From IMG/VR virus record IMGVR_UViG_3300029715_000189: a stretch of DNA of 25,425 nucleotides; one strand, written 5' to 3'. Positions 1 through 9,036 of this stretch are shown piece after piece (position 1 is the stretch's first letter; every line of letters begins with the position of its first letter). The position numbers and the translations under genes were made by a program. The DNA comes from a virus (taxonomy: Duplodnaviria; Heunggongvirae; Uroviricota; Caudoviricetes). The notes below the pieces were generated by a model that was not told the DNA's origin, did no database searches, and saw only the letters and a list, made by a program, of their open reading frames with translations.

Positions 1-2
1 TG

Positions 3-2165
3 GCTCAGGAAGCCGTAGAAGCCCAGGGTCAGGCTTATGCTAACAAGAACGGAACGTGTGAAACAGATAACACCGATCCTGTATGGGAAGATTCTGAGCC
101 GCTCGAAACCAAATGTGAAGGTGGTAAATCTTATAAAAAACAGGTTAATACCAACGAATGTTATGGTGGAGAACATGAGCGTTGGGTAGAAGGCGGAGAT
201 AAAGTATGTACCTGGACCGGAACATATAGCAAGCAATTTACAAAACAGTGTGCTGACGGAGGTGTCGGGTCTAAGGTTATCATAGACCAAGACGATGTAA
301 CTGGCGGTCCTTTCACGTCTACCGTAAGTCAGGAAGACGCAAATAGCAAGGCTCAGGCTGCCGTCGAACAGCAGGGGCAGGCTCTTGCTGACGCGCAGGG
401 AACTTGTACCTGGACTGGTGAGGCAAGTAAGGTTTTCACCAGAAACAATTGCGGAACCTGTCAGCATGGTTCTTCTGTTACCGTAACCCAAGATCAAGTA
501 GGTGGTCCATTTACGTCCAATATCAGTCAAGCTGATGCTAATAAGAAGGCTCAAGATGCTGTAAATTCCCAAGGTCAGGCGGTAGCTAACAAAAATGGTG
601 ATTGCGTAGCTGATAGCACAACTCCTTCTTGGTCGGATACCGGAAGTATCCGTTGCTACGGTTGTACGTCTCAGAAGCAACAACGTGACACCAATCCATG
701 TTCTTCTTCTTACAACAACACAAGATGGGTTGATGGAGGTGGAGAAAATTGTACAGCCTGGTCTTATTACGGAACAGGAGATTGTGTGGGCCATACTCAG
801 TATGATGCTTATCGTGATAGCTGTTCTGGTAGAATAAATCGTCAATATTCTGCAAGTTGTAGGAATTGCTGTAATTGCGGATCTTATGGTTCTTGGAGCG
901 AAAGCGGATGTGGAACTGGAAGCGATAGTAATAAAGTAAAATACGTTCGTTATGATGATTGTGGTCATGCCGACTACAAATACGAATATGAAGTTGGAAA
1001 ATGTGGATATGCTCCATACGAATTTCAGTTCCATGATGGAGGAACAAGCAAGTCGAGATCCGTCTCTGGAGAATCTCAGAATATTGAAGAAGTTATCATA
1101 AGTACTAAGAGTAATTCATATATAGGTTTTTCTGTTAAGTCAAAACCTGATTGGTGTTCTGTTGATTACAGAGACCAGACATCTGAAAGTATGAAGGCTG
1201 TGGTGACGTTATCTGCTAATACAACATCTTCTTCCAGATCTGGTGACATTGTTTTTGTTCAAAATGAATCTGGAAAGACAATTACTCTTAGTATTTCGCA
1301 GGCAAGACAAATGTTGTATAAGTTCACATTCGATGATAATACTACTTCAGATAAATCTTTATCTGTTCAAGCTGCATCTAATAATGCTCAATATACAATC
1401 AAAAGTACATTGAATGGTTCTTATCATGGTTTTGCCACTACATCTAAACCTTCTTGGATTACGACTGAATATAAAAATCAGACCTCGGATAGTATGGTTT
1501 GTGTTCTTAAGATAACCGCCAACACAAGTACATCTTCTTCTCGTACTGGATCCGTTGTGCTTACTCAAAATGACAGTGGTAAAACATTGAAAATAAATGT
1601 TACACAAGCTGCGGATGAGGTCAAGCTTGTACCCGCTCATATCACATTGAAAAACGGTTCTTGGGCTACTTATAAGAAGAGTGATGTTTCTTATAACCCT
1701 GGTGCCGGCAAGTGTATTGCTGGATTCGAGTGGACTGGAGATGAAAATGGAGATATACGAATTTATACTTGCGACATCAAGGTTGTAGATTCTAGTTACC
1801 GTGAGATATCTGGAGCTACTATAAGCACTGGAACTATAACCCAGAGAAAACAGCCCGGAAGCTCTTGTTCGTATTTCGGAGCTGTAGCGGGAGGTATATT
1901 GGCAGGATATGTTCATGTTGGAGATGAGAATAAGGATACTACATGGTATATACGAACTATAAACGTATCCTATGATGGCAAATTGTATAAGAGTGCTACT
2001 GTAAGGCAATTTGAAAAAACAGGTATTTCCAAGAATGGTGGTATATTTAATGTCTATAATGAGTCACCTGCTTCTTACAACTTTATCGTAGATGGAGCTG
2101 AGTGCGGTGATGATAGAGGAACTTTAAAATACTCTTATTCTCAGATGAATCTTAATCCAGCATAA
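3..2165 (+). CDS. 5'-truncated large virion/adhesin-type protein with DUF5977-like repeats, Cys-rich linkers and two BACON-like domains
   Basis: The frame of ORF 786..2165 stays open back to position 3. It translates to repeats such as FTRNNC..VTVTQDQVGGPFTSNISQADANKKAQDAVNSQGQAVANKNGDC (DUF5977-like), followed by two KPxW..ANT.SSSR.G.(I/V)V..QN.SGKT.....Q units (BACON-like). Confidence 0.8.
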   Translation, partial: AQEAVEAQGQAYANKNGTCETDNTDPVWEDSEPLETKCEGGKSYKKQVNTNECYGGEHERWVEGGDKVCTWTGTYSKQFTKQCADGGVGSKVIIDQDDVTGGPFTSTVSQEDANSKAQAAVEQQGQALADAQGTCTWTGEASKVFTRNNCGTCQHGSSVTVTQDQVGGPFTSNISQADANKKAQDAVNSQGQAVANKNGDCVADSTTPSWSDTGSIRCYGCTSQKQQRDTNPCSSSYNNTRWVDGGGENCTAWSYYGTGDCVGHTQYDAYRDSCSGRINRQYSASCRNCCNCGSYGSWSESGCGTGSDSNKVKYVRYDDCGHADYKYEYEVGKCGYAPYEFQFHDGGTSKSRSVSGESQNIEEVIISTKSNSYIGFSVKSKPDWCSVDYRDQTSESMKAVVTLSANTTSSSRSGDIVFVQNESGKTITLSISQARQMLYKFTFDDNTTSDKSLSVQAASNNAQYTIKSTLNGSYHGFATTSKPSWITTEYKNQTSDSMVCVLKITANTSTSSSRTGSVVLTQNDSGKTLKINVTQAADEVKLVPAHITLKNGSWATYKKSDVSYNPGAGKCIAGFEWTGDENGDIRIYTCDIKVVDSSYREISGATISTGTITQRKQPGSSCSYFGAVAGGILAGYVHVGDENKDTTWYIRTINVSYDGKLYKSATVRQFEKTGISKNGGIFNVYNESPASYNFIVDGAECGDDRGTLKYSYSQMNLNPA

Positions 2166-2169
2166 TTAA

Positions 2170-2208
2170 CAAGGGAGGGGATTTAGTTCTCTCCCTTGAA
2201 TGTTTTTT
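2170..2208 (+). terminator. Probable intrinsic terminator
   Basis: CAAGGGAGGGGA / TTCTCTCCCTTG stem just after the stop codon, followed by AATGTTTTTT. Confidence 0.65.
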
Positions 2209-2294
2209 GGATTATATTATTTTGTTTTAAGTATTGTCTATTAGAATAAAAATGATTAATATTGCATATCATTCAATTTTAAAATTTTAGTATC

Positions 2295-2417
2295 ATGGCT
2301 TGTAAAAAGAAAGCTCGTCAGGGTGGTGAAGTCGATAAGAAAGACAAACCTAAAATGCGCCAAGGCGGTAGTGTTGGAGGCAAGATGAAAAGAAAGAAGA
2401 CGAGCACTAAAAAGTGA
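2295..2417 (+). CDS. 40-aa Lys-rich small protein (MACKKKARQGGEVDKKDKPKMRQGGSVGGKMKRKKTSTKK), missed by the ORF track
   Basis: ATG 2295 to TGA 2415-2417, AT-rich leader, flanked by terminator-like hairpins, co-oriented with its neighbours, with an internal RQGG repeat. Confidence 0.7.
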   Translation: MACKKKARQGGEVDKKDKPKMRQGGSVGGKMKRKKTSTKK

Positions 2418-2427
2418 TTGAAAACCA

Positions 2428-2457
2428 GGGGAAGGTACTGATCGCCTTCCCCATTTT
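2428..2457 (+). terminator. Probable terminator hairpin
   Basis: GGGGAAGGT / GCCTTCCCC stem followed by ATTTT. Confidence 0.55.
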
Positions 2458-2479
2458 AATAACATAACAACAATTTATT

Positions 2480-2896
2480 ATGAGCAACAAGTTTATTAGT
2501 AAAGGGCAAAGGAATGTCTGTGTGACGTTTGTGAAGTACTATCCTGTATTGATGCAGGTTATTATGTTAGCCAGCATTTTTGATGAGTTTTATCCTTTTA
2601 GTATCACTAATTGGCTGTATCCGATATTAGGTCATTCTCTATCATGGGACCTATTTCTCTTGGCTTTTTCAAGAATGTTCAGGTTTTGTATATGGCATAG
2701 GTTATTGATCTATAGCATGATTTTTAATATCTGTGTAGGATGGGTTACGGTTAATATAGAGATGCCTATTGAGCACAATATCGTAGTGTGGTCTGTTATG
2801 GCTGTTACTCTGTTGATAATCATTGCCTCTATTGTTTTAAGATTTAAAACAGGATGTTTTGAAAATGAAGGAAATTCTGACAGAGACGCTGCGTAA
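2480..2896 (+). CDS. Hypothetical multi-pass membrane protein
   Basis: 138 aa with about four hydrophobic segments. Confidence 0.7.
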   Translation: MSNKFISKGQRNVCVTFVKYYPVLMQVIMLASIFDEFYPFSITNWLYPILGHSLSWDLFLLAFSRMFRFCIWHRLLIYSMIFNICVGWVTVNIEMPIEHNIVVWSVMAVTLLIIIASIVLRFKTGCFENEGNSDRDAA

Positions 2897-3254
2897 AAGT
2901 GGTGCGGCGGTATGCGATAAGATAAAGGAGATGTTTTTAAGCGGGGAATGTGATCATCTTACAGCCAACGATCTTGAGACATGGACGCAGCTTGCTAATC
3001 CGGCTAAGTATTATACCGGGGAAGAGGCTGTTTCTTATCTTAATGTAACTTCTAAAAGATTTTATGAATATCGGAAGGCGAAGTTAGTTCCTGATCCGGT
3101 TAAGATAAAAGGATTCCCCAAACCTTTATATACGAAAGTTATGTTGGATGATGCTATAAAAACCATATCCGGCATGAGCGAAAGAGAGATTTATATGAGG
3201 ATCTTGAATGCTAAATCAAGAGAATCCAGAGCAAAAGAAAGGAGGGGAGCATGA
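2859..3254 (+). CDS. Excisionase/MerR-like helix-turn-helix DNA-binding protein (start may be 2865)
   Basis: YYTGEEAVSYLNVTSKRFYEYRKAKLVP resembles HTH_17/Xis-type motifs. Its stop overlaps the next start (ATGA). Confidence 0.6.
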   Translation: MKMKEILTETLRKSGAAVCDKIKEMFLSGECDHLTANDLETWTQLANPAKYYTGEEAVSYLNVTSKRFYEYRKAKLVPDPVKIKGFPKPLYTKVMLDDAIKTISGMSEREIYMRILNAKSRESRAKERRGA

Positions 3255-3955
3255 TTACAAATGGTGAATTTGTATCAAGGGTTGTAAACGGTATTCATGC
3301 CCTTGATAAAGACTCCCATGTTAGCCGGAGATGGATATTGAATATCGGTAGAACCAAAGCCGAATCTTATACAGCCCAGAGATGGGATGATGGGACGTTG
3401 CTTGGCGACCACCGGCTCCTGACTTACGTTACTTGTCTGGAGATGATTGAAGTTGACAAAATAGTTTGTTGTGATGCCGAATTTGCGTTGTGTAATACAC
3501 TTATGCGGTCAAAGCATAAACTTCCAGGACTTCTTTATTCTGCCCTTAGACCGGCTATTACTAAGGTGACTAACGTAGATAACACTATATTTTTTAAGTT
3601 CGCTGAAATAAAGTCGTATCGTAATGAACAAAAAAGACCGTATGCTAAATACGTTAAAGAACGGCGTCCTTTTTATTATGTAGAAAACGACTATATTTAT
3701 ATACCGGATTTCCATATAGAGCTTATTAACGTAGAGTTCTTTACAACAAGAAGAAAGAAGGCGCTGGAGTTAATGGCCTGCGATCCTACACCTAAAGGGT
3801 GTGAGTCTGAATGGGAATACGAATTTATCTGTCCTATCAAGCTAATTGAGTACGTGGTAGCAGAGACGATAAAGGAAGTAGCATTCAGGTTACAGATTCC
3901 TGTTGATGAAAATCCGAATCTTGATTCCAATCAGAAAAGTCAAATTGTTCAGTAG
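3251..3955 (+). CDS. Putative crAss-like tail ring / structural protein
   Basis: 234 aa with YYVENDYIYIP..IELINVEF and a C-terminal PVDENPN, reminiscent of crAss-like ring proteins. Its position in the tail module is consistent. Confidence 0.5.
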   Translation: MITNGEFVSRVVNGIHALDKDSHVSRRWILNIGRTKAESYTAQRWDDGTLLGDHRLLTYVTCLEMIEVDKIVCCDAEFALCNTLMRSKHKLPGLLYSALRPAITKVTNVDNTIFFKFAEIKSYRNEQKRPYAKYVKERRPFYYVENDYIYIPDFHIELINVEFFTTRRKKALELMACDPTPKGCESEWEYEFICPIKLIEYVVAETIKEVAFRLQIPVDENPNLDSNQKSQIVQ

Positions 3956-3956
3956 C

Positions 3957-3988
3957 TTAGAGGTGGAGATATTTCCACCTCTAATTTT
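3957..3988 (+). terminator. Hairpin, probable terminator
   Basis: TTAGAGGTGGAGA / TTTCCACCTCTAA inverted repeat followed by TTTT. Confidence 0.55.
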
Positions 3989-4010
3989 ATATATATTATT
4001 GTTTGAACAA

Positions 4011-4505
4011 ATGAAAAGAACATCAATGCAATCACCGTATTTTGCAGCTTACTACCATCGTCTTATGAAGAGAAAGAATGGTTTTAAGAAAGGCATGATA
4101 AGAGACAGAGGAGAGATTTTAAGACTGTTGTCTATTATATGGAAAACCGTATCAGAACATTATGTGGAAGCTGATGCCGGTGTTTACGTAGATAACGTAG
4201 GATACTTATGCCATGTGCTTATACCGGGGCAGCGCTTTGCCGTCAGGCGGGACCTGGACATCGTGAGCAGGCTCGGCACCAACGGCTACCTCTACAACCA
4301 CCTGGCTATGGATTTCGCAGACTCCAAAAGATATTACCATTTTGTAATACAAGATAGTTTAAAAAAGAAGTTAAGGGTTAAAATGAATAAAGGACGAAGA
4401 TACCGATTTATGTACAATGAAATACTTGCTAAAAGAAGAGTGTTTAAAGATTTCCAGATTAAGAGAGTTTTCGAAGATAAAGAATTAGGACATAGAAAGT
4501 CGTAG
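4011..4505 (+). CDS. Basic hypothetical protein, possibly the IHF/HU-like protein of crAss-like tail modules
   Basis: Same frame as ORF 3903..4505. ATG 4011 follows the hairpin and an AT-rich leader. The protein is basic and has a GVYVDNVGYL motif. The IHF-like call is mainly from synteny. Confidence 0.45.
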   Translation: MKRTSMQSPYFAAYYHRLMKRKNGFKKGMIRDRGEILRLLSIIWKTVSEHYVEADAGVYVDNVGYLCHVLIPGQRFAVRRDLDIVSRLGTNGYLYNHLAMDFADSKRYYHFVIQDSLKKKLRVKMNKGRRYRFMYNEILAKRRVFKDFQIKRVFEDKELGHRKS

Positions 4506-4547
4506 AAAAAAAGTAGCGATCACCCTTCGTGGATACAGGATAATCGC

Positions 4548-4555
4548 TACTTTTG
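4548..4555 (+). promoter_or_regulatory. Bacteroidetes -7 promoter element inside an inverted repeat
   Basis: TACTTTTG matches TAnnTTTG. It overlaps the right arm of AAAAGTAGCGAT(4509-4520)/ATCGCTACTTTT(4543-4554). Confidence 0.5.
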
Positions 4556-4624
4556 CATATCCGTCTACTTTCGCAAGCGGACGGATATAATGCTAACAAA
4601 ATATCTTTATACAAATAAAGCTCT

Positions 4625-5584
4625 ATGGAGGCAAAGGTAAACAATTTTCAAAACAATGCGAAGGATAGTAACATTATTTTGACGTCAGAATCCAACGAAA
4701 TGGATTTATCTGTAAAATTATCTAAAATTTTTAGCTATAATGGTCATAATGTTTCTTTTATAAAAACTTCTTATGGTATATTGCTAAATGCCACACAGAT
4801 GGCAAAAGCATTCAATAAGAAACCTGCCGAGTATCTAAGGTTGCCGTCTGTAAATCAATTAATTAAGTCAATGGTGGGATTTTCCCACATTTCTGAGAAT
4901 CAGATAGTTACAACTATGCTTGGAAGTCCTGAAAATGGAGGAGGTACATGGATGTTTGAAGATCTCGCCATAGATTTTGCGAGATGGTTGGATACTGATT
5001 TTAGATTATGGTGTAACTCGAAGATAAAAGAATTTTTAACATCAAACTTGGTTTCTATTCCAAATTTTACTGATCCGGCAGAAGCAGCCGAAGAATGGGC
5101 TAAGCAGTATCGTAGAGCTCAGCAAGCGGAAGCTATTGCTTTGGCTGAACATAAAAGGGCAGAGCAAGAAAGAATGGAAAAAGAAATAGCTGTAAATACG
5201 TTAGAAGAAAAGAAAGGGGATATAGAGTTTTCTGAGTCATTTAAGAAGGTGGATCATGAAAACATGTGGCTAATAAGAGATGTGGCGAAGAAGCTTGAGC
5301 AGAATGGAATCATCATCGCAGAAAAGAATCTTCGTTTGTTTCTTGAGGAAGTCAAGTTTATGTTCAGGAATGGACAGGGTAAATGGGAGCTGTACAGTGA
5401 TATTGTTAAGAACAAGTTTGGTGTTTATCGATCTTATTTTGTTGACAAATATTCCGGGGAAAGAGTTAATCAGCAAACCATCTACATGACTGGTGCTGGA
5501 TATGAAGTCACACTTAAGGGGATAAAGGAAAAGTGTAGGAGCCTTTTCTTGAAGTACGGCAAGTTTGAAGATCCTAACTTTTGA
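4625..5584 (+). CDS. KilA-N domain plus KilAC/ANT antirepressor-type protein
   Basis: LLNATQMAKAFNKKPAEYLRLPS..GGGTWMFEDLAIDFARWL (KilA-N), then a coiled coil, then LIRDVAKKLEQNGIIIAEKNLRLFL..TIYMTGAG (KilAC). Confidence 0.85.
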   Translation: MEAKVNNFQNNAKDSNIILTSESNEMDLSVKLSKIFSYNGHNVSFIKTSYGILLNATQMAKAFNKKPAEYLRLPSVNQLIKSMVGFSHISENQIVTTMLGSPENGGGTWMFEDLAIDFARWLDTDFRLWCNSKIKEFLTSNLVSIPNFTDPAEAAEEWAKQYRRAQQAEAIALAEHKRAEQERMEKEIAVNTLEEKKGDIEFSESFKKVDHENMWLIRDVAKKLEQNGIIIAEKNLRLFLEEVKFMFRNGQGKWELYSDIVKNKFGVYRSYFVDKYSGERVNQQTIYMTGAGYEVTLKGIKEKCRSLFLKYGKFEDPNF

Positions 5585-5617
5585 AAACACAAAATAGGGC
5601 GTTATACATATTATTCA

Positions 5618-5662
5618 TATCTTTGTGGAGGTCAGGTTTGTTTCCTGTCCTCCATTTTTTTT
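5618..5662 (+). promoter_or_regulatory. -7 element (TATCTTTG) abutting a terminator-like hairpin
   Basis: TATCTTTG at 5618-5625, then a TGGAGGTCAGG / CCTGTCCTCCA stem with a T8 tail. Confidence 0.45.
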
Positions 5663-5667
5663 AAGAG

Positions 5668-6564
5668 ATGACAGTCGAAAATTATATCATAGAGTTAAAA
5701 TCGTCTTTAAGATCATTTGACAAGCGTGATCTGATAGATGAGGTATCCATCTACAAATGGGTAGAAATTGCCCTGAAGAAGTTTGGAGGCGATATTACTA
5801 TGCGCAAAGAAGCGGTAGTAGATGTCAAGCGAGGGCAGGCTCGTATGCCTGGTGATTACTTTGATCTTATTCTGGCTTTTAAATGCGATTTTAAAGGATA
5901 TGAGGTGCCGGAAGGTGATAAGGTGATACCAGAACTTCAAAATACAATAGCCTGGAAAGAACGTACCGAAAGAAGTTATAGGTGGTGTTCTTGTGATGAA
6001 TGTTGTAAAGACGAATGCGAGAAAGTGATAGTTGAAAAATTTTATATCAATGTTCATGATCGCGATCATGAAGTTCGTTGCTATTATGACCGGCCGGTAA
6101 TGTTAGGTCTTGCTAAGCCTATGCTTCGTGATTCTTGTTTAAGTAAATGCCGGAATAAGGTAATAAAGGATAGTCCGTATGAGATAAATATCGTAAACGG
6201 ATTCCTGTATGCTAATTTCGATGGGCCTATTTACATGCAGTACCGGTCTCTTCCCTTTGACGGAGAATCTAATATAATTATACCAGACACGCCTCAAGGT
6301 CTGGTATTGGATTATGTAGATAATTTTGTAAAGATGAGATTCTTTGAGGAACTGATGTATAATGCCGAAGCTCAGGGTGCAGCCGATTTATTTAAGTTGT
6401 ATGCACAACAAGATTTGGTTAAGCTGAAAAATGCTAAGACCGAACTTAAGATGATGGGAATGACATTGAAAGGCATGTACGAACCTCTTAGGCGGCGCCG
6501 TGCTGAGTTTGAGATATATGCTAAGGCGTATCCTGTAATTGACAATATACTTAAATTGGTATGA
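5668..6564 (+). CDS. Putative tail tubular / ring protein (crAss-like Ttub)
   Basis: 298 aa with YEINIVNGFLYANFDGPIYMQYRSLPFDGESNIIIPD, similar to crAss-like tail tubular proteins. It lies upstream of the stabilisation protein. Confidence 0.55.
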   Translation: MTVENYIIELKSSLRSFDKRDLIDEVSIYKWVEIALKKFGGDITMRKEAVVDVKRGQARMPGDYFDLILAFKCDFKGYEVPEGDKVIPELQNTIAWKERTERSYRWCSCDECCKDECEKVIVEKFYINVHDRDHEVRCYYDRPVMLGLAKPMLRDSCLSKCRNKVIKDSPYEINIVNGFLYANFDGPIYMQYRSLPFDGESNIIIPDTPQGLVLDYVDNFVKMRFFEELMYNAEAQGAADLFKLYAQQDLVKLKNAKTELKMMGMTLKGMYEPLRRRRAEFEIYAKAYPVIDNILKLV

Positions 6565-6728
6565 CAGAAGTAGTTCTATTTATATACTTGCTTGGTGTTA
6601 TTGTGTCTATGATTGTTTGGTCAATCAGACAATTCAAAGGAGAGGCGAGTTTGATAGAAACAATGTACTGCCCGATAGTATTTTTGTTGAGTTGGATATA
6701 TGTATTTGAAATATTTAAAATGAGATAA
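6561..6728 (+). CDS. 55-aa two-TM membrane protein, missed by the ORF track
   Basis: ATGA overlap with the upstream stop. Translates to MTEVVLFIYLLGVIVSMIVWSIRQFKGEASLIETMYCPIVFLLSWIYVFEIFKMR*. It ends 1 nt before the next ATG. Confidence 0.7.
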   Translation: MTEVVLFIYLLGVIVSMIVWSIRQFKGEASLIETMYCPIVFLLSWIYVFEIFKMR

Positions 6729-6729
6729 A

Positions 6730-7458
6730 ATGTTAGAAGTTAGTGCAAGCGAAATAGTAACCGCCGACAAAACGAGAGGCGTGGGACCGGCGAACATCCT
6801 TCTCACAGCCGGACCGAATCCGGTAGCCGAAGATCGCCGTGGTGTAGCTAAGGTAACGGCTGGTGGAGAGAGTAAGAATGTTACAATCACACAAGCTGCC
6901 GGCGAGCAGGTTGTTGTAATTCCTGAGTTCGATTATCTTGTTCTTAGGTACGGATGGGAATCAGAAGACGGTTCCGATTTTGATACTGCAACTGGTTTTA
7001 CTAACACAGGCATATCAAATGTGGATAACAAGTACGTTGGATGGAGTAAGCAGTGGGCTACCACCCAACAGCAGGTAGGTAATTACCTTGTTTATGGTGG
7101 TGATAACATGCAGTCCGGTCTTGAAGGTGCGCTTATTAAGATGAAGACCTTGCTATCAGCGCCGGGCATGGACGAGTCGGAACCTAATATCAATGCCGAC
7201 ATCTATGGTAATTGGTATGGAAATAGAGGGCGAGGAAATGTTGTTGTGTCTTTTACAGCCTACCTTGGAGGAGAGATGGTTAAACAAGGATTTAACTTCA
7301 TTAACGAAGGTGGCGAAGAAGTTTACTCCGATAGCATTACTACCAACGTTTCAGCTCATGGTGAAACCAATTACCAAAATATAAAAGGTCTGTACACTAA
7401 GATGGGGACGATGGTCTACAATAAAGAAAAACGTGATTGTGTGATCGTAATAGGATAA
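6730..7458 (+). CDS. Hypothetical virion protein with an N-terminal BACON-like segment
   Basis: NP..EDRRGVAKVTAGGESKNVTITQAA is BACON-like and is followed by a beta-rich domain (FDYLVLRYGW..SDFDT). Confidence 0.55.
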   Translation: MLEVSASEIVTADKTRGVGPANILLTAGPNPVAEDRRGVAKVTAGGESKNVTITQAAGEQVVVIPEFDYLVLRYGWESEDGSDFDTATGFTNTGISNVDNKYVGWSKQWATTQQQVGNYLVYGGDNMQSGLEGALIKMKTLLSAPGMDESEPNINADIYGNWYGNRGRGNVVVSFTAYLGGEMVKQGFNFINEGGEEVYSDSITTNVSAHGETNYQNIKGLYTKMGTMVYNKEKRDCVIVIG

Positions 7459-7462
7459 TGGC

Positions 7463-8575
7463 ATGGAAGATCTGTGGAGTAAATACGATAAGATAAAAGA
7501 AGTCTTCTATAGGGATTTTGTTTATGAAGCCAGCTACACAGAGCAGGCCTCGTGCATCCCACTGTCGTCGGTGAAGAACGGGGTAGGCTGGGTCGGCGAC
7601 GGAACCATTAACCTGGCTCAGTATCTCCAGTTCCTATACACGGAAATGGTTCTTGGTAACAAGACAGAAGATGATGTTCGTAATGCCATACTGGTGCTTA
7701 CTCGTCTTGCCGATACTACTTATGATCTATTTTTTAATAGCAATAAAGGTATTTATTTCAAATTCGAAAAAGGATTTTTCTTAAGAGATGACATACATGG
7801 TGAAGACGCAAACAAATTTGGTCTTTCCAAAATAAGTTCAGGGTACACTAATGGTATAGAGTTAAAAGACGAAGACCCTTGCTTTTCTCCATTTATCTCG
7901 CAAGATCAGATTTGGAATCTGGCTCCGATATTAGCTTTCTTGTCAGAAAAAGGATTTGAAGAAGCCAGGCAAGCAGGATACGACATTTTTGAGTACGTTA
8001 TTAGAAACGGACATAAGATATATAATCCTTATTACAGTGCCTTACTTCATCATTGGACATTCTTTCCTGATATGGATACCGATAAGGTCAAGCCGTGGGA
8101 TAGGGTTAGCAACCGTAACAAGAATCTTAAATACAAAGTTAAGGTTAAGAGAGGGGCTAACAATTGGTACTTCTCTGGAGGGTTCAGATGGGCTTTTAAG
8201 AAGTTCGGGGGCGAGTGTAGTACATTCTGGCATTGCCTATGGTATAAACCATTTATATTCTTAGCAGACAGGGTATATCATCCATACATATGTAAATGGT
8301 TTGGTATTAAGGTTAAGAATAATTCTTATTATTGTCTTGGATCCACAAATGAAAAATCATGGTACGGCCCTAAATTCAGAAAGAGGCTGGTTAGTAAGTT
8401 TAACAAGTCTTTGGAAGGAGGAGAATTATTCATGCCTCATCTGGTTTTTCTTCATGGATGTGAAGGTGTTGATGGGAGTAGCTTAGAGTCCTACCTTAAT
8501 GAATGGGAATGGGATGGAGTTAATTCTCCTATAGAGTTTTTAACTTTGTGCAATTGGTATAAAATTATTTTTTAG
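7463..8575 (+). CDS. Hypothetical protein (aromatic-rich, 370 aa)
   Basis: Long ORF tightly packed in the operon. No family recognised. Confidence 0.75.
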   Translation: MEDLWSKYDKIKEVFYRDFVYEASYTEQASCIPLSSVKNGVGWVGDGTINLAQYLQFLYTEMVLGNKTEDDVRNAILVLTRLADTTYDLFFNSNKGIYFKFEKGFFLRDDIHGEDANKFGLSKISSGYTNGIELKDEDPCFSPFISQDQIWNLAPILAFLSEKGFEEARQAGYDIFEYVIRNGHKIYNPYYSALLHHWTFFPDMDTDKVKPWDRVSNRNKNLKYKVKVKRGANNWYFSGGFRWAFKKFGGECSTFWHCLWYKPFIFLADRVYHPYICKWFGIKVKNNSYYCLGSTNEKSWYGPKFRKRLVSKFNKSLEGGELFMPHLVFLHGCEGVDGSSLESYLNEWEWDGVNSPIEFLTLCNWYKIIF

Positions 8576-8577
8576 CA

Positions 8578-9036
8578 ATGAAAATATACTATAAATCAAA
8601 AATAGCTAAGTTATTTACGTTCATTGACGGCTATAAAACAATTATGCTGTTTGGAGCCGTATTTACCGAAAGCGATGCTGTGTCATTGAGAACCGAATAT
8701 CATGAGGAGGCACATTGCAATCAGTATCATACGTTATTTTATTTTGGTATGTTTATATCATTGCTTACAATAGGATTGTGTCTCTTATTCGGTAATGTAG
8801 GATGGTGGATGTTGTGGCTGTCCCTTATTCCGATATTTTTATACTATGCATGGTATTTAATTGAGTATCTGATTAGGCTGTGCATATATCGCGATCATGA
8901 CAAGGCGTATTATAATATCGTATTTGAAAGAGAAGCATATAACTTAGAAAAGTATTGGAATCGGCATGATGTTTTTAGAGAGGAGTCTGAAGGGTTTAGT
9001 TTCTTGAAATATTACATAAAAGGAGGTGAAAGATGA
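8578..9036 (+). CDS. Membrane protein with an HExxH zincin-like motif
   Basis: EYHEEAHCNQY, two hydrophobic helices and a downstream FEREAY. Confidence 0.6.
   Translation: MKIYYKSKIAKLFTFIDGYKTIMLFGAVFTESDAVSLRTEYHEEAHCNQYHTLFYFGMFISLLTIGLCLLFGNVGWWMLWLSLIPIFLYYAWYLIEYLIRLCIYRDHDKAYYNIVFEREAYNLEKYWNRHDVFREESEGFSFLKYYIKGGER

Noticed and set aside
3903..4010. N-terminal extension of ORF 3903..4505
   Set aside because: It overlaps the previous gene and a terminator-like hairpin. ATG 4011 is the more plausible start.
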